Source of the DNA: Pseudomonadota bacterium | Lineage (GTDB): Bacteria > Pseudomonadota > Alphaproteobacteria > Acetobacterales > Acetobacteraceae | Assembly (NCBI GenBank): GCA_021845595.1 | Contig: JAJZVV010000006.1 | Span: 84,361-148,360, forward strand | Direction: 5' to 3' | DNA: 64,000 nucleotides | In this document: positions 1 to 9,447 of the stretch, piece by piece | Layout of the letters: each line of letters begins with the position of its first letter | Position numbering within the stretch: the first letter of the stretch is position 1 | Position numbers and translations under genes: made by a program | Notes under the pieces: model-generated | Databases searched by the model: none | Seen by the model: only the letters and a program-made list of their open reading frames with translations | Told to the model about the DNA's origin: nothing

Positions 1-1704
1 GGCGAGCCTGGCGAGTTCCGCCTCGGCGGCGCGGGCGGCCCGGCGCAGCGGCGCCACCGCGGCACGCGCCTCCGCCCGCTCGCGCCGCTCATCCCGCCGC
101 CCCGCCCCGCCTCTGCCGCTCTCCTCCCGCGCCGCGCCCCGCGCCCGTTCGGCGAGCAGGGCGCGATACTCGTCGAGATCGCCGTCGAAGCCGCGCGCGC
201 TGCCATCCGCCACCAGCCACAGCCGATCCGCCACCAGCTCGACGAGATGCGGGTCATGCGTGATCAGCACCACCGCGCCGGCGAAATCGGCCAGCGCCTT
301 GACCAGTGCCTCGCGGGCATCGATGTCGAGATGGTTGGTCGGCTCGTCGAGGATCAGCACCTGCGGCGCCTCACGCGTCGCCAGCGAGAGCAGAAGGCGG
401 GCCTTCTCCCCGCCCGAGAGCGAGGCCACACGGGTCTCGGCGCGGTCGGCGTCGAGCCCGAACCGGGCCAACTGCGCGCGATGCACCGTGACGCTCGCCT
501 GCGGCAGCGCCCGCGCCATGTGGGCGAGCGGCGTCGCCGCGACGTCGAGCGCCTCGCCCTGATCCTGCGCGAAATACCCGACCTTGAGCCGCGGCGCGCG
601 GCGAACCTCGCCGGCCAGCGGCGCCAGGCGCCCGGCCAGCAGCCGCGCCAGGGTCGATTTGCCGTTGCCGTTGGCGCCCAGCAGCGCCACGCGGTCGTCC
701 ATGTCCAGCCGCAGCGAGACGCCGCGCAGCACCGGCTTGCCGTCATAGCCGGCATCGACGCCCTCGAGCGCGAGCACCGGCGGGGCGAGCGCGGCGGGGG
801 ACGGAAACTCGAACCGGGTCGGCGCGTCTTCCACCACCGCCTCGATCTGCGGCAGCCGCGCCAGCGCCTTGACCCGCGCCTGGGCCTGGCGGGCCTTGGT
901 CGCCTTGGCGCGGAACCGGTCGACGAAGGCCTGGATGCGCGCCCGCTCGGCGGCGATGCGCTCGGCGGCGCGGCCCTGCTGGGCAGCGCGCTCGGTGCGG
1001 ATGCGGACGAATTCGCTGTAGCCGCCCTGGGTCAGGCCAAGCTTGCCGCGATCGAGGAAGGCGATGGATTCGACGGCACGGTCGAGCAGGCCGCGATCGT
1101 GCGAGACGACGATGGCGGCGCCGGGAAACCGGGCCAGCCACGCCTCCAGCCACAGCGCTGCCTCGAGATCGAGATGGTTGGTCGGCTCGTCGAGCAGCAG
1201 CAGGTCCGGTGCCGCGAACAGCGCGGCGGCCAGCGCGACGCGCATCCGCCAGCCGCCGGAGAACTCGCCCACCGGCCGGGCCTGCGCCGCCGTGTCGAAG
1301 CCGAGCCCGGCCAGGATCGAGGCGGCCCGCGCCGGCGCCGCGTCGGCGCCGATCACCCGCAGCCGCTCGTGGATCTCGGCCAGCCGCGCCGGCGCGGCGC
1401 GGTCCGCCTCGGCGAGCAGCGCCAGCCGCTCGGCATCGGCCGCCAGCACCGTCTCCAACAGGCTCAGCGCGCCGTTCGGCGCCTCCTGGCGCACGGTGCC
1501 GACCCTGGCGCGCGTGGCCAGCCGGATGTCGCCGCCATCGGCGGCGATCTCACCCAGAATGGCGCGCAGCAGCGTCGATTTCCCGGCGCCGTTGCGCCCG
1601 ACCAGGCCGACACGCTGGCCAGGGGCGACCGCGAGATCGGCGTCATCGAGCAGCAGCCGGCCGCCGAGGCGCAGCGACAGGCCGGAGATCACGAGCAGGC
1701 TCAT
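1..1704 (-). CDS. ABC-F family ATPase (two ABC domains); 3' end runs off the window
   Basis: The frame is open to position 1, so it is not in the ORF track. My reverse-strand translation from the ATG (complement of 1702-1704) reads MSLLVISGLSLRLGGRLLLDDADLAVAPGQRVGLVGRNGAGKSTLLR (Walker A). It continues with FSGGWRMRVALAAALF...LLLLDEPTNHLD, a second Walker A (LLGANGNGKST) and LSGGEKARLLL...LILDEPTNHLD. The + ORFs 247-1719 and 260-562 are its antisense shadow (SPPES is the antisense of LSGGE). Confidence 0.85.
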   Translation of the reverse strand, partial: MSLLVISGLSLRLGGRLLLDDADLAVAPGQRVGLVGRNGAGKSTLLRAILGEIAADGGDIRLATRARVGTVRQEAPNGALSLLETVLAADAERLALLAEADRAAPARLAEIHERLRVIGADAAPARAASILAGLGFDTAAQARPVGEFSGGWRMRVALAAALFAAPDLLLLDEPTNHLDLEAALWLEAWLARFPGAAIVVSHDRGLLDRAVESIAFLDRGKLGLTQGGYSEFVRIRTERAAQQGRAAERIAAERARIQAFVDRFRAKATKARQAQARVKALARLPQIEAVVEDAPTRFEFPSPAALAPPVLALEGVDAGYDGKPVLRGVSLRLDMDDRVALLGANGNGKSTLARLLAGRLAPLAGEVRRAPRLKVGYFAQDQGEALDVAATPLAHMARALPQASVTVHRAQLARFGLDADRAETRVASLSGGEKARLLLSLATREAPQVLILDEPTNHLDIDAREALVKALADFAGAVVLITHDPHLVELVADRLWLVADGSARGFDGDLDEYRALLAERARGAAREESGRGGAGRRDERRERAEARAAVAPLRRAARAAEAELARLA

Positions 1705-1770
1705 GGCGCGCGGATGTAGTGCGAACCGCGCGCCGCGGGAAGCCGGGCTTGCCGCACCGCACCCAATCGT

Positions 1771-1966
1771 CTAGAGCAACGCCGCGATCAGACCGAACCG
1801 CTTCGCGGTCGGTCCGATCGGGCGAAGTTGCTCTAGACTCATAGGTTTCTAGAGCACGACCGTCCGATCGGATGCTTCCATCCGGTCGGACCGTGCTCTA
1901 GTCGTTATATTTTCTAGAGCACGACCGTCCGATCGGATGCTTCCATCCGGTCGGACCGTGCTCTAG
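1771..1966. repeat. Three consecutive CTAGAG...CTCTAG-bounded palindromic (REP/MITE-like) hairpin units
   Basis: Unit 1 (1771-1836) is CTAGAGCAAC...GTTGCTCTAG. Units 2 (1849-1901) and 3 (1914-1966) are identical 53-nt imperfect palindromes, ctagagcacgaccgtccgatcggatgcttccatccggtcggaccgtgctctag, spaced 65 nt apart. They lie in the divergent intergenic region between the ABC-F gene and ndk. Confidence 0.8.
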
Positions 1967-2012
1967 AGCCGCCGGAACTTCTACCCCGCCACGCGTCCTT
2001 CCCGAGGTTTCA

Positions 2013-2435
2013 ATGGCCACCGAGCGTACGCTGTCGATCATCAAGCCCGACGCCACCCGACGCAATCTCACCGGGCGCATCAATGCCGTCTTCGAGGCGC
2101 AAGGACTGCGGATCGTGGCGCAGAAGCGCCTGCATCTGACCCGTGGCCAGGCCGAGGGGTTCTACGCCGTGCATCGCGAGCGCGGCTTCTTCAACGACCT
2201 CGTCGCCTTCATGACCTCCGGCCCGGTGGTGGCGCAGGTGCTGGAAGGCGAGAACGCGGTGGCGCGCAACCGCGAGATCATGGGCGCGACCGACCCGAAG
2301 AAGGCCGCGCCGGGCACGATCCGCGCCGAGTTCGCCGAGAGCATCGAGGCCAATTCCGTGCACGGCTCGGACAGCGCCGAGAACGCCGCCGGCGAGATCG
2401 CGTTCTTCTTCGCCGGCATCGACATCGTCGGCTGA
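2013..2435 (+). CDS. ndk: Nucleoside diphosphate kinase
   Basis: The 140-aa ORF begins [14 protein letters not shown] and contains [16 protein letters not shown] and NSVHGSDS (active-site His). These are canonical Ndk features. Confidence 0.97.
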   Translation: MATERTLSIIKPDATRRNLTGRINAVFEAQGLRIVAQKRLHLTRGQAEGFYAVHRERGFFNDLVAFMTSGPVVAQVLEGENAVARNREIMGATDPKKAAPGTIRAEFAESIEANSVHGSDSAENAAGEIAFFFAGIDIVG

Positions 2436-2450
2436 GCCGGCGGCGCGGTC

Positions 2451-2525
2451 TGGTTGGGGCGGGAGGATTCGAACCTCCGCATGGCGGAATCAAAATCCGC
2501 TGCCTTGCCGCTTGGCTACGCCCCA
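2451..2525 (-). tRNA. tRNA-Gln (anticodon UUG)
   Basis: The reverse complement is TGGGGCGTAGCCAAGCGGCAAGGCAGCGGATTTTGATTCCGCCATGCGGAGGTTCGAATCCTCCCGCCCCAACCA. It folds as a cloverleaf: 7-bp acceptor stem, anticodon stem GCGGA/TCCGC with loop TTTTGAT (anticodon TTG), T-arm GGAGG-TTCGAAT-CCTCC, and an encoded CCA. Confidence 0.93.
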
Positions 2526-2584
2526 CCGGCGGACCGCCGCGTGATAGGGCCTGATCCGGCGCCGGTCCAGAGGGAGCAACGACG

Positions 2585-3580
2585 ATGAGCCCGCGGCGAT
2601 TTCTCGTCACCGGCGGGGCCGGCTATGTCGGCAGCCATCTCGTCGCCGCCCTGCTCGCCCGCGGCGACGCCGTGGTGGTGTTCGACAATCTCCGCCAGGG
2701 CCATCGCGCCGCCGTGCTGCCCGGGGCGGCGCTGATCGAGGGCGATCTCGCCGACGCCGGCGCCATCGAGGCGGCGCTGGCCACCGGGCCGTGGGACGGC
2801 GTCTTCCACTTCGCCGCGCTCTCCCTCGTCGGCGACAGCATGGCGCAGCCGTTCCGCTATCTGGCCGAGAATGGCGGCAACGGCCTGCGGCTGATCGAGG
2901 CCTGCGTCCGCCATGGCGTGCCGCGGTTCGTGCTCTCCTCCACCGCCAATCTGTTCGGCGCGCCTGCGGTGATCCCGATCGGCGAGGACGCGCCGGTCGA
3001 TCCCGGCTCGCCCTACGGCGAGAGCAAGCACATGCTCGAGCGCGCGCTGGTCTGGGCCGAGCGCATCCACGGCATGCGCTACGCCGCGCTGCGCTATTTC
3101 AACGCCGCCGGCGCCGATCCCGACGGGCGGCTCGGCGAGGATCACCGGCCGGAGACGCATCTCATCCCGCTGGCGATCGACGCCGCGCTCGGGCGGCGCG
3201 CCGAGCTGACCGTGTTCGGCACCGACTACCCGACCGCGGACGGCACCTGCGTGCGCGACTATGTCCACGTCACCGACCTCGCCGAGGCGCATCTGCATGC
3301 GCTGGCGCGGCTCGATGCCGGCAGCGTCACCTACAATCTCGGCAACGGCGCCGGCCATTCGGTGCGCGCGGTGATCGACACCGTCGGCGCCGTGGCCGGG
3401 CGCCCGGTGCCGGTGCGCTTCGGCGCGCGCCGGGCGGGCGACCCGCCGGTGCTGGTCGCGGCCTCCGCGCGCATCCTGCGCGAGACCGGCTGGCAGCCGC
3501 GCTTCGCCGATCTCCGCCGCATCATCGAAACCGCCTACGCCTGGCGGCTGGCCCACCCGGAGGGCTACGGCGCCGCCTGA
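2585..3580 (+). CDS. galE: UDP-glucose 4-epimerase
   Basis: 331 aa. It has the Rossmann motif VTGGAGYVGSH, the catalytic YGESK (YxxxK), and YFNAAGADP typical of GalE. Confidence 0.9.
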   Translation: MSPRRFLVTGGAGYVGSHLVAALLARGDAVVVFDNLRQGHRAAVLPGAALIEGDLADAGAIEAALATGPWDGVFHFAALSLVGDSMAQPFRYLAENGGNGLRLIEACVRHGVPRFVLSSTANLFGAPAVIPIGEDAPVDPGSPYGESKHMLERALVWAERIHGMRYAALRYFNAAGADPDGRLGEDHRPETHLIPLAIDAALGRRAELTVFGTDYPTADGTCVRDYVHVTDLAEAHLHALARLDAGSVTYNLGNGAGHSVRAVIDTVGAVAGRPVPVRFGARRAGDPPVLVAASARILRETGWQPRFADLRRIIETAYAWRLAHPEGYGAA

Positions 3581-5883
3581 CCCGCGGGCGCGGCGGCCTT
3601 CTCCAGCATCTCGCCGAAGCGCCGGGTCAGCAGCCAGGCATCATAGAGCGCGCGCGGCGACTCGGGCTCGGGCGGAGCGTCCGGTCGGGCCAGAGGAAGC
3701 TGCACGGAGGGCACGACGAGGTTGCGCCGCCCCGCCTGCGCGAGCCGCAGGCAGAAATCGGCGCCGGCATAGTCACCGCCGAGATAGTCGCGCGACAGCC
3801 CGCCCTGCGCCTCAAACACGGCGCGCTCGACCAGCAGGCAGGCGAGGCCGAGCGCCGGAACGGGCATCGGGCCGTCGCTGGCCGCTGCCGTGACCGCCAT
3901 GGGCGCGGGTTCGGCGGTGAACAGCCCGCCCCACCGCCCCGCGCGCGTGACCCGCAGCCCGGCGCACGCCGCCTCGCCCTCGCCCGCGAGCACGAGGGGC
4001 CCGACCGCGCCCGGCCGCGCCGCCCGCCCGTGCGCGGCGACGAGCCGGCCGAGCCATCCCGGCTCGGCCGCCGCCAGGCCGGGGTCCAGCACCAGCAGCA
4101 AGCGCCCGCGCGCCAGGCTGGCGCCGAGATTGATGACCCCGGCCCGGCCCAGCGACCGCCGGCCATGGACGAGGCGGAGCTGCAGACCGAGGTCGGGAAC
4201 GCACGCGTGGCAGAGGCCGAGCGCTGCCTCGTGGGTATCCGGATCGTCCACCGCGAGCACGAGGTCGGCGCCGGCAAGGTCCGGATCGGCGGCGCAGGCG
4301 GCGAGCCATGGCGCCAGCCCGTCCGCGCCGCCGAGAAACGGCACCACGACCGAGACGGCGCGCTCCGTCGCCGGGCCGAAGGCGTCGACTACGGGCCGCA
4401 CCGCGGCATCGCACCCCGGCCACACCGCCGCCAGCGCCGGGCCGAGATGCGCGTCCAGCGCGGCGCGGATGGCGCGCCGGTTCGCCGGCAGCCGCGCCAG
4501 CACCGCCGCGGCGGCCTGGCGCGCATCGCCGGGCATGGCCGCGCGGGGCACGCGGGCATGGGCGATGCGCCGGGCGCCGTCGCCGAGCGCGAGATAAAGC
4601 CCGCCTTCCGCCGCCTGCGGCGCCCGGATGAAGGCGAGGAAGCCGGGCTCGTCGTCGCCGCGCCAGGCCCCGGCCGCTGCCAGCGCCGCCCGGGCCTGGG
4701 CATGAGGGTAGCGGAAGGCGACGCCGAGCAGCTCGGCCAGCGGCTCGGCGGTGCCGGCCTGGCGCAGGGCGAGCGAATCGAGGCGCGCGAGGTCGAGTGC
4801 GGCCCAGCCCTGGATCAGCACGCCCGCGCCGCGGATCGCCAGCGCCGGGTCGAGGTTGATGCGGAGATCGCGCTCCGGCCGGTCGAGCGCGCTCGGCAGC
4901 GCAGCGACCGCCACCTGCCACAGCCGGCGCAGCGCCGCCGCCTGCTCGCCGGTGGCCAGCGCCTCGGCCCCGCTTTCGGCCAGCATCTCCAGCAGCAGCA
5001 GACGCGAATCCGCGTCCAGCGCCGCCGCCGCCGCGGCCAGCGCGGCGATGCCCTCCCCGGGCGCGGCGATGGGGCATTCACAGGCCCGTCCGGAGCCCGC
5101 CAGCGACAGCACGAAGCCCTCGGCGCCGGCCGCCGGGCATTCGGCGACGAGGACGAAGCGGTCGCAACCGCCATCCGGCTCGCCGGGGCGCAGCACCGGC
5201 CCGCGCCGCAGCCGCGCCCGCAGGGGCGCATCGCCGTCTCCGGTCCGCACCTCGATCGTGCTCACCGCCCCGACCGGATCGTCGATCTCGCCGGCGAGGA
5301 CGAGCCGTTCGGGCAGCGCCCGCACGGCGAAGTCGAGGCTGAAGCGCAGCCGCCGCTCGATGCCGTGCGGCTGGTCCACGAGCAGGCGCTGGCCGTGGCC
5401 GCCGAAGGCCTCGGCGGCGAGCGGCGTGGCGACGGCCGGCTCCAGCCGCGCCAGCAGCGCGCGCAGCGGTGCCGCGTGGCGCGCGGCGAAATCGGCGAGC
5501 TCTGCCGGGTCGGCGGCGAGCGGCGCCTCCAGCCGCAGCGGCGGCGCGGCGGCCAGCGCGATGTGCAGCACCAGACGCTTGGCGTCCTGCCGGCGCGGAT
5601 CGACGCGCGCGGCCACCACCAGGCCGCAATCTTCGGGGCCGCAAGCCGCCTCCGGCCCCAGCGTTGCCAGCACGTCCGGCCGCGGATGGCGCAGTATCTG
5701 GGCGGTGACGTCGACGCGCACGGTGCCGATCTCGAGCGCCGCGCCGGTGATCCGCGCCGGGCCTTCGAGCAGCCAGCCGAGGACGAAGACATTGCCCTCG
5801 CGGGCGTAGGCGAGGTCGATGCAATGGCGCGGGTCCTTCGCGTCGCGCCGGCCGGTCCGCTTCTCCGCTACGCCCCGCGCCAT
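3565..5883 (-). CDS. Large (about 772 aa) protein with a C-terminal family-2 glycosyltransferase-like domain and an unrecognised N-terminal ~500 aa
   Basis: The track ORF 3565-6126 overlaps cysD at its 5' end. An internal ATG at 5883 sits 13 nt after the cysD stop and is preceded by GGGGGAG. The C-terminal region looks GT-A/GT2-like (VSVVVPFLGG, LVLAVDDPDT, ACLLVERAVFEAQGGLSRDY, DFCLRLAQAG). The N-terminal part contains several beta-rich segments with a GW motif and no family I recognise. Confidence 0.6.
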   Translation of the reverse strand: MARGVAEKRTGRRDAKDPRHCIDLAYAREGNVFVLGWLLEGPARITGAALEIGTVRVDVTAQILRHPRPDVLATLGPEAACGPEDCGLVVAARVDPRRQDAKRLVLHIALAAAPPLRLEAPLAADPAELADFAARHAAPLRALLARLEPAVATPLAAEAFGGHGQRLLVDQPHGIERRLRFSLDFAVRALPERLVLAGEIDDPVGAVSTIEVRTGDGDAPLRARLRRGPVLRPGEPDGGCDRFVLVAECPAAGAEGFVLSLAGSGRACECPIAAPGEGIAALAAAAAALDADSRLLLLEMLAESGAEALATGEQAAALRRLWQVAVAALPSALDRPERDLRINLDPALAIRGAGVLIQGWAALDLARLDSLALRQAGTAEPLAELLGVAFRYPHAQARAALAAAGAWRGDDEPGFLAFIRAPQAAEGGLYLALGDGARRIAHARVPRAAMPGDARQAAAAVLARLPANRRAIRAALDAHLGPALAAVWPGCDAAVRPVVDAFGPATERAVSVVVPFLGGADGLAPWLAACAADPDLAGADLVLAVDDPDTHEAALGLCHACVPDLGLQLRLVHGRRSLGRAGVINLGASLARGRLLLVLDPGLAAAEPGWLGRLVAAHGRAARPGAVGPLVLAGEGEAACAGLRVTRAGRWGGLFTAEPAPMAVTAAASDGPMPVPALGLACLLVERAVFEAQGGLSRDYLGGDYAGADFCLRLAQAGRRNLVVPSVQLPLARPDAPPEPESPRALYDAWLLTRRFGEMLEKAAAPAGQAAP

Positions 5884-5896
5884 GGCTCCCCCGTGG

Positions 5897-6805
5897 TCAG
5901 AAATAGCCCTCGCGCTTCTTCCGCTCCATCGAGGCGGACTGGTCGTGATCGATGACCCGGCCACTGCGCTCGGAGACCGAGGCCGCCTCGGTTTCGGCGA
6001 TGATCTCGTCGAGGCTCTGGGCACGCGAGGCGACGGCGGCGGTGAGCGGGTAGCAGCCGAGGGTCCGGAAGCGCACCCAGCGGCGCTCCACCACTTCGCC
6101 GGCGCGCAGGCGGAAGCGGTCGTCATCGACCATGATCACGCTGCCATCGCGCGTCACGACGGGGCGCTCGGCGGCGAAATAGAGCGGCACGACCTCGATC
6201 CGTTCAGCCGCGATGTAGCGCCAGACATCGAGTTCGGTCCAGTTCGAGAGCGGGAACACGCGCGCCGTCTCGCCCGGGCCGAGGCGGGTGTTGTAGAGAT
6301 CCCAGAGTTCCGGACGCTGGCGGCGCGGATCCCACGCGTGCGCGGCGCTGCGCACCGAAATGATGCGCTCCTTGGCCCGCGAGGCCTCCTCGTCGCGCCG
6401 CGCGCCGCCGAACGCGAAATCGAAGCCGTGCTGGTCGAGCGCCTGCTTCAGGCTCTCGGTCTTCATGATGTGGGTGTAGGTCGATGGATCGTGATCGAAC
6501 GGGTTGATGCCCTGGGCCAGCCCGTCGGTGTTCACCTGCACGATCAGCCGCACGCCGTAGCGCGCCGGCAGGCTGTCGCGCAGCGCGATCATCTCGCGGA
6601 ATTTCCAGGTGGTGTCGACATGCAGCAGCGGGAACGGCAGCGGCGCGGGGTGGAACGCCTTGCGCGCCAGGTGCAGCAGCACCGAGGAATCCTTGCCGAT
6701 CGAATAGAGCATCACCGGATTGCGCGCCTCCGCGGCGACCTCGCGGAAGATGTGGATGCTCTCGTCCTCGAGGCGCTTGAGCGCGATGCGGGCGTGGTCG
6801 GTCAC
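5897..6805 (-). CDS. cysD: Sulfate adenylyltransferase subunit 2
   Basis: The sequence reads [40 protein letters not shown] (PP-loop) and ends [10 protein letters not shown], the canonical CysD C-terminus. I place the start at GTG 6805 ([13 protein letters not shown]), preceded by GAGGAGA. It overlaps the ispE stop as GTGA. Confidence 0.9.
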   Translation of the reverse strand: MTDHARIALKRLEDESIHIFREVAAEARNPVMLYSIGKDSSVLLHLARKAFHPAPLPFPLLHVDTTWKFREMIALRDSLPARYGVRLIVQVNTDGLAQGINPFDHDPSTYTHIMKTESLKQALDQHGFDFAFGGARRDEEASRAKERIISVRSAAHAWDPRRQRPELWDLYNTRLGPGETARVFPLSNWTELDVWRYIAAERIEVVPLYFAAERPVVTRDGSVIMVDDDRFRLRAGEVVERRWVRFRTLGCYPLTAAVASRAQSLDEIIAETEAASVSERSGRVIDHDQSASMERKKREGYF

Positions 6806-7668
6806 GGCGAAATCTCCTCTGGTGCAATCAGCCCCCCGCCCCAGCGCCACCAGGGCGCCGGCAGCAGCGGGGCAGCCGCCTCGGCCTCGGCCGGGGTGGC
6901 GAAGATGGCGAAACACGTCGCGCCGGACCCGCTGAGCCGCGCCAGCAGCGCCCCCGGCAGGGCAGCGAGAGCGCCGAGAACGGGCCCGATCGCCGGGCAC
7001 AGCGCGCGCGCCGGCGGCTCCAGGTCATTGTTCAACCGCGCGAGATCGGCGGCCATGGCGGCGGCGCTGGCCCAGGCGTCGGGCAGCACCGCCGGCGGCG
7101 AGAAGGCGCCGCTGCGGGCGCGGAAGACGTCCGCGGTAGCAAGCGGCACACCCGGATTGGCCAGGACCAGGCCGAATTCCGGCAGGCGCGGTGCCGGGCC
7201 GAGCCGCTCGCCGGCGCCGCCCACCCGCGCCGGACGGCTGGCGAGGCAGACCGGCACGTCGGCGCCGAGCGTGGCCGCGATCGCCGCCAGATCCGTGCCG
7301 GCCCGGGCGTGGCCCAGCCGCGCCAGCAGGCGCAGCGCCGCGGCGGCATCCGCCGAGCCGCCGCCGATGCCGGCTGCCACCGGCAGGATTTTCTCCAGCG
7401 CGAAGCGCACCGCCGGCGGCGGCGCCAGCGCGCGGGCGGCGCGCAGGACGAGATTGTCCGCCTCGGCGGCCAGCGATGCCGCCTGCGGCCCATCGATCGC
7501 GAGCGCCAGCGAGGACGCCGGTGCCGCGCTCAGCCGGTCGGCGACCGCGACGAACACGACCAGACTGTCGAGCGCGTGATACGAATCCGCACGCCGGCCG
7601 AGCACGTGCAGGAACAGGTTGATCTTGGCCGGCGCCAGTTCGACGCGGCCGCGCTCATGGAGGCTCAT
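6802..7668 (-). CDS. ispE: 4-diphosphocytidyl-2-C-methyl-D-erythritol kinase
   Basis: [20 protein letters not shown] and the GHMP-kinase motif [17 protein letters not shown] are present. The start is taken at ATG 7668 (MSLHERG); the longer track ORF (to 7821) has an implausible Arg/Gly-rich leader. Confidence 0.9.
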   Translation of the reverse strand: MSLHERGRVELAPAKINLFLHVLGRRADSYHALDSLVVFVAVADRLSAAPASSLALAIDGPQAASLAAEADNLVLRAARALAPPPAVRFALEKILPVAAGIGGGSADAAAALRLLARLGHARAGTDLAAIAATLGADVPVCLASRPARVGGAGERLGPAPRLPEFGLVLANPGVPLATADVFRARSGAFSPPAVLPDAWASAAAMAADLARLNNDLEPPARALCPAIGPVLGALAALPGALLARLSGSGATCFAIFATPAEAEAAAPLLPAPWWRWGGGLIAPEEISP

Positions 7669-7700
7669 CGCGGATACCGCCGTCGAGAAACGCGCGCGGC

Positions 7701-9392
7701 TCAGTGCGCGGTGGGTGTGACGGGCGTCGCGGCGCCGAGAGCGACCTCGGCCTCCTTCAGCTTGGCCTGCAGCCGCGGCACATCCTCGGCATCCGGCTTC
7801 AGCGACAGCGCCAGCCGCCATTGATAGGCAGCCTGCAGCTTGGCGCCGTCGGCCCAGTAGGCATCGCCGAGATGGCCGTTGATGGTGGGATCCTCGGGCT
7901 GCAATTCCGCCGCGCGTTCGAGCAGGCGCAGCGCCTCGCGGGCGTCGCCGCCGCGCAGCAGGACCCAGCCGAGACTGTCGATGATGGCGCCGTCGTCCGG
8001 CCGCTGCCGCATCGCCTGCTCCAGCATCCGCCGTGCCTCGGGCAGATTGCGCCCCTGCTCGGCCCAGGAATAGGCGAGATAGTTGAGCACGAACGGCTCG
8101 TTCGGCGAGAGCTGGAGCGCGCGCTCGAGATCCGACTGCGCCGCCTCCCAGTGGTGCAGCCGGTCCTCGGTGATGCCGCGGGCGAAGAACAGCGGCCAGT
8201 CGCCCGGGCGCGGGCGCGGGATGCGCGAGACCGCGATGTCGTAGGCCGCCACCGCCTCGGCGAACTTGCCCTGCTCGCGCAGCAGATCGCCGAGCTCGTT
8301 CGCCGCCTCCGGGCGCGCGGGATCGGCGGCGATCAGCCGCTGCAGCAGCGCGATCGCGGCGTCCGTCTGTCCGGCCTGGTTCTGCAGCGCGGCGCGGCGC
8401 AGATCGACCAGCGCGATCAGCGGGTCGTCGGCCGGCACCTTCGCCAGCAGCCGCAGCCCGAAGACGGGCTGATGCGCGCCGGCCAGGCTGTCGGCGAGCA
8501 GCAGGCGGACGGCGGTGAGGTCGGGGCGCATGTCGAGCGCCAGCCGGCCGAGGACGAGGCCGAAATTACGGTCGCCCTGCTGGGTCATGGTCGCGGCGAG
8601 CGCCAGATAGGCCTCGGCGATGCCATCGGCCGGCGAGGCCACGGCGCGGGTCTCGGGGTGGGCCAGCAGGGCCGGCACGACGGTGCCGACGGGATCGCCG
8701 GTATCGGCCAGCCCCTGCAGCATCCGCCGGGCGCGGTCCACCCGGCCCTGCCGCGCCTCCCAGCTCGCCAGAATCTGGGCGAGGCGGAGGTTGGCCGGGC
8801 CATATTCGGCGGCGGCGGCCTCGTAGAGCTGCTGCGCCTCCGCTTCCCGCCCGGCGAGGTCGGCGATCAGCGCCGCATGCAGGGCGTAGACCGCGCGGAG
8901 CTGCTTGCCCTGCATGTAGGGCCGCAGCGTCGCCATCGCCGCATCGGTGTGGCCGGCGCCCTGTTCGGCCCAGGCGACGAGCAGCGGCTGCAGGGTCAGC
9001 GCCACGCCCTCGTGCGGCAGCGCGTCATAGCGCGTGATCGCCCGCTCCCACTCACCCTTCCGCGCCGCGTCGTCGGCGAGCACCATCTGCGCGGCGACGT
9101 GGCCGGGCAGACGCGCGGCGAGCGAAACCGCCTCCGGCCGGCCATCGAGCAGGGCGGCGAGGAACGCCTGCTGCACCACCTCGTCGCTCTGCGGATCCTC
9201 GGCCGCCGCCTGCAGCAGCGCGCTCGCCGCGGTGGCGAAATCATCCCGCCCGGCGGCGAAGCTGCCGGCGAGGAAATCGCCGTAGACGGTGCCGGACTCG
9301 CGCGGGTCCGCGGCATGGGAACTCGCGCACGCGGTCAGCAGAGAGACCACGAGGACGGCGGCGTGGCGGACGGAAGCACTGGTGATGATCAT
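7701..9392 (-). CDS. TPR-repeat lipoprotein
   Basis: The N-terminus has a signal peptide with lipobox (VVSLLTAC). The body consists of tetratricopeptide-like helical repeats. This is the common neighbour upstream of ispE in alphaproteobacteria. Confidence 0.7.
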   Translation of the reverse strand: MIITSASVRHAAVLVVSLLTACASSHAADPRESGTVYGDFLAGSFAAGRDDFATAASALLQAAAEDPQSDEVVQQAFLAALLDGRPEAVSLAARLPGHVAAQMVLADDAARKGEWERAITRYDALPHEGVALTLQPLLVAWAEQGAGHTDAAMATLRPYMQGKQLRAVYALHAALIADLAGREAEAQQLYEAAAAEYGPANLRLAQILASWEARQGRVDRARRMLQGLADTGDPVGTVVPALLAHPETRAVASPADGIAEAYLALAATMTQQGDRNFGLVLGRLALDMRPDLTAVRLLLADSLAGAHQPVFGLRLLAKVPADDPLIALVDLRRAALQNQAGQTDAAIALLQRLIAADPARPEAANELGDLLREQGKFAEAVAAYDIAVSRIPRPRPGDWPLFFARGITEDRLHHWEAAQSDLERALQLSPNEPFVLNYLAYSWAEQGRNLPEARRMLEQAMRQRPDDGAIIDSLGWVLLRGGDAREALRLLERAAELQPEDPTINGHLGDAYWADGAKLQAAYQWRLALSLKPDAEDVPRLQAKLKEAEVALGAATPVTPTAH

Positions 9393-9447
9393 GCTTGAAC
9401 CCTATCAGGCCGGCGGCCTCCGCACCATGCGCGGGCGACCGGCGGGG

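Noticed and set aside
247-1719. 490-aa + strand ORF (and nested ORFs 260-562, 1043-1774, 1209-1844)
   Set aside because: The composition is Arg/Gly/Pro/Gln-rich. It is the antisense of a clear ABC-F ATPase; for example, SPPES mirrors LSGGE. The real gene is on the minus strand and open to the window edge.
3565-5883. Hidden cysN (GTPase) in the protein downstream of cysD
   Set aside because: I found no GxxxxGK(S/T) P-loop, DxxG or NKxD motifs. The C-terminus looks like a GT2 glycosyltransferase instead.
2791-5955. 1054-aa + strand ORF spanning galE, the GT gene and cysD
   Set aside because: It is extremely Arg/Ala/Gly/Pro-rich with no motifs. It overlaps three well-supported genes on either strand. 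This is the typical stop-codon-poor shadow frame of ~70% GC DNA.
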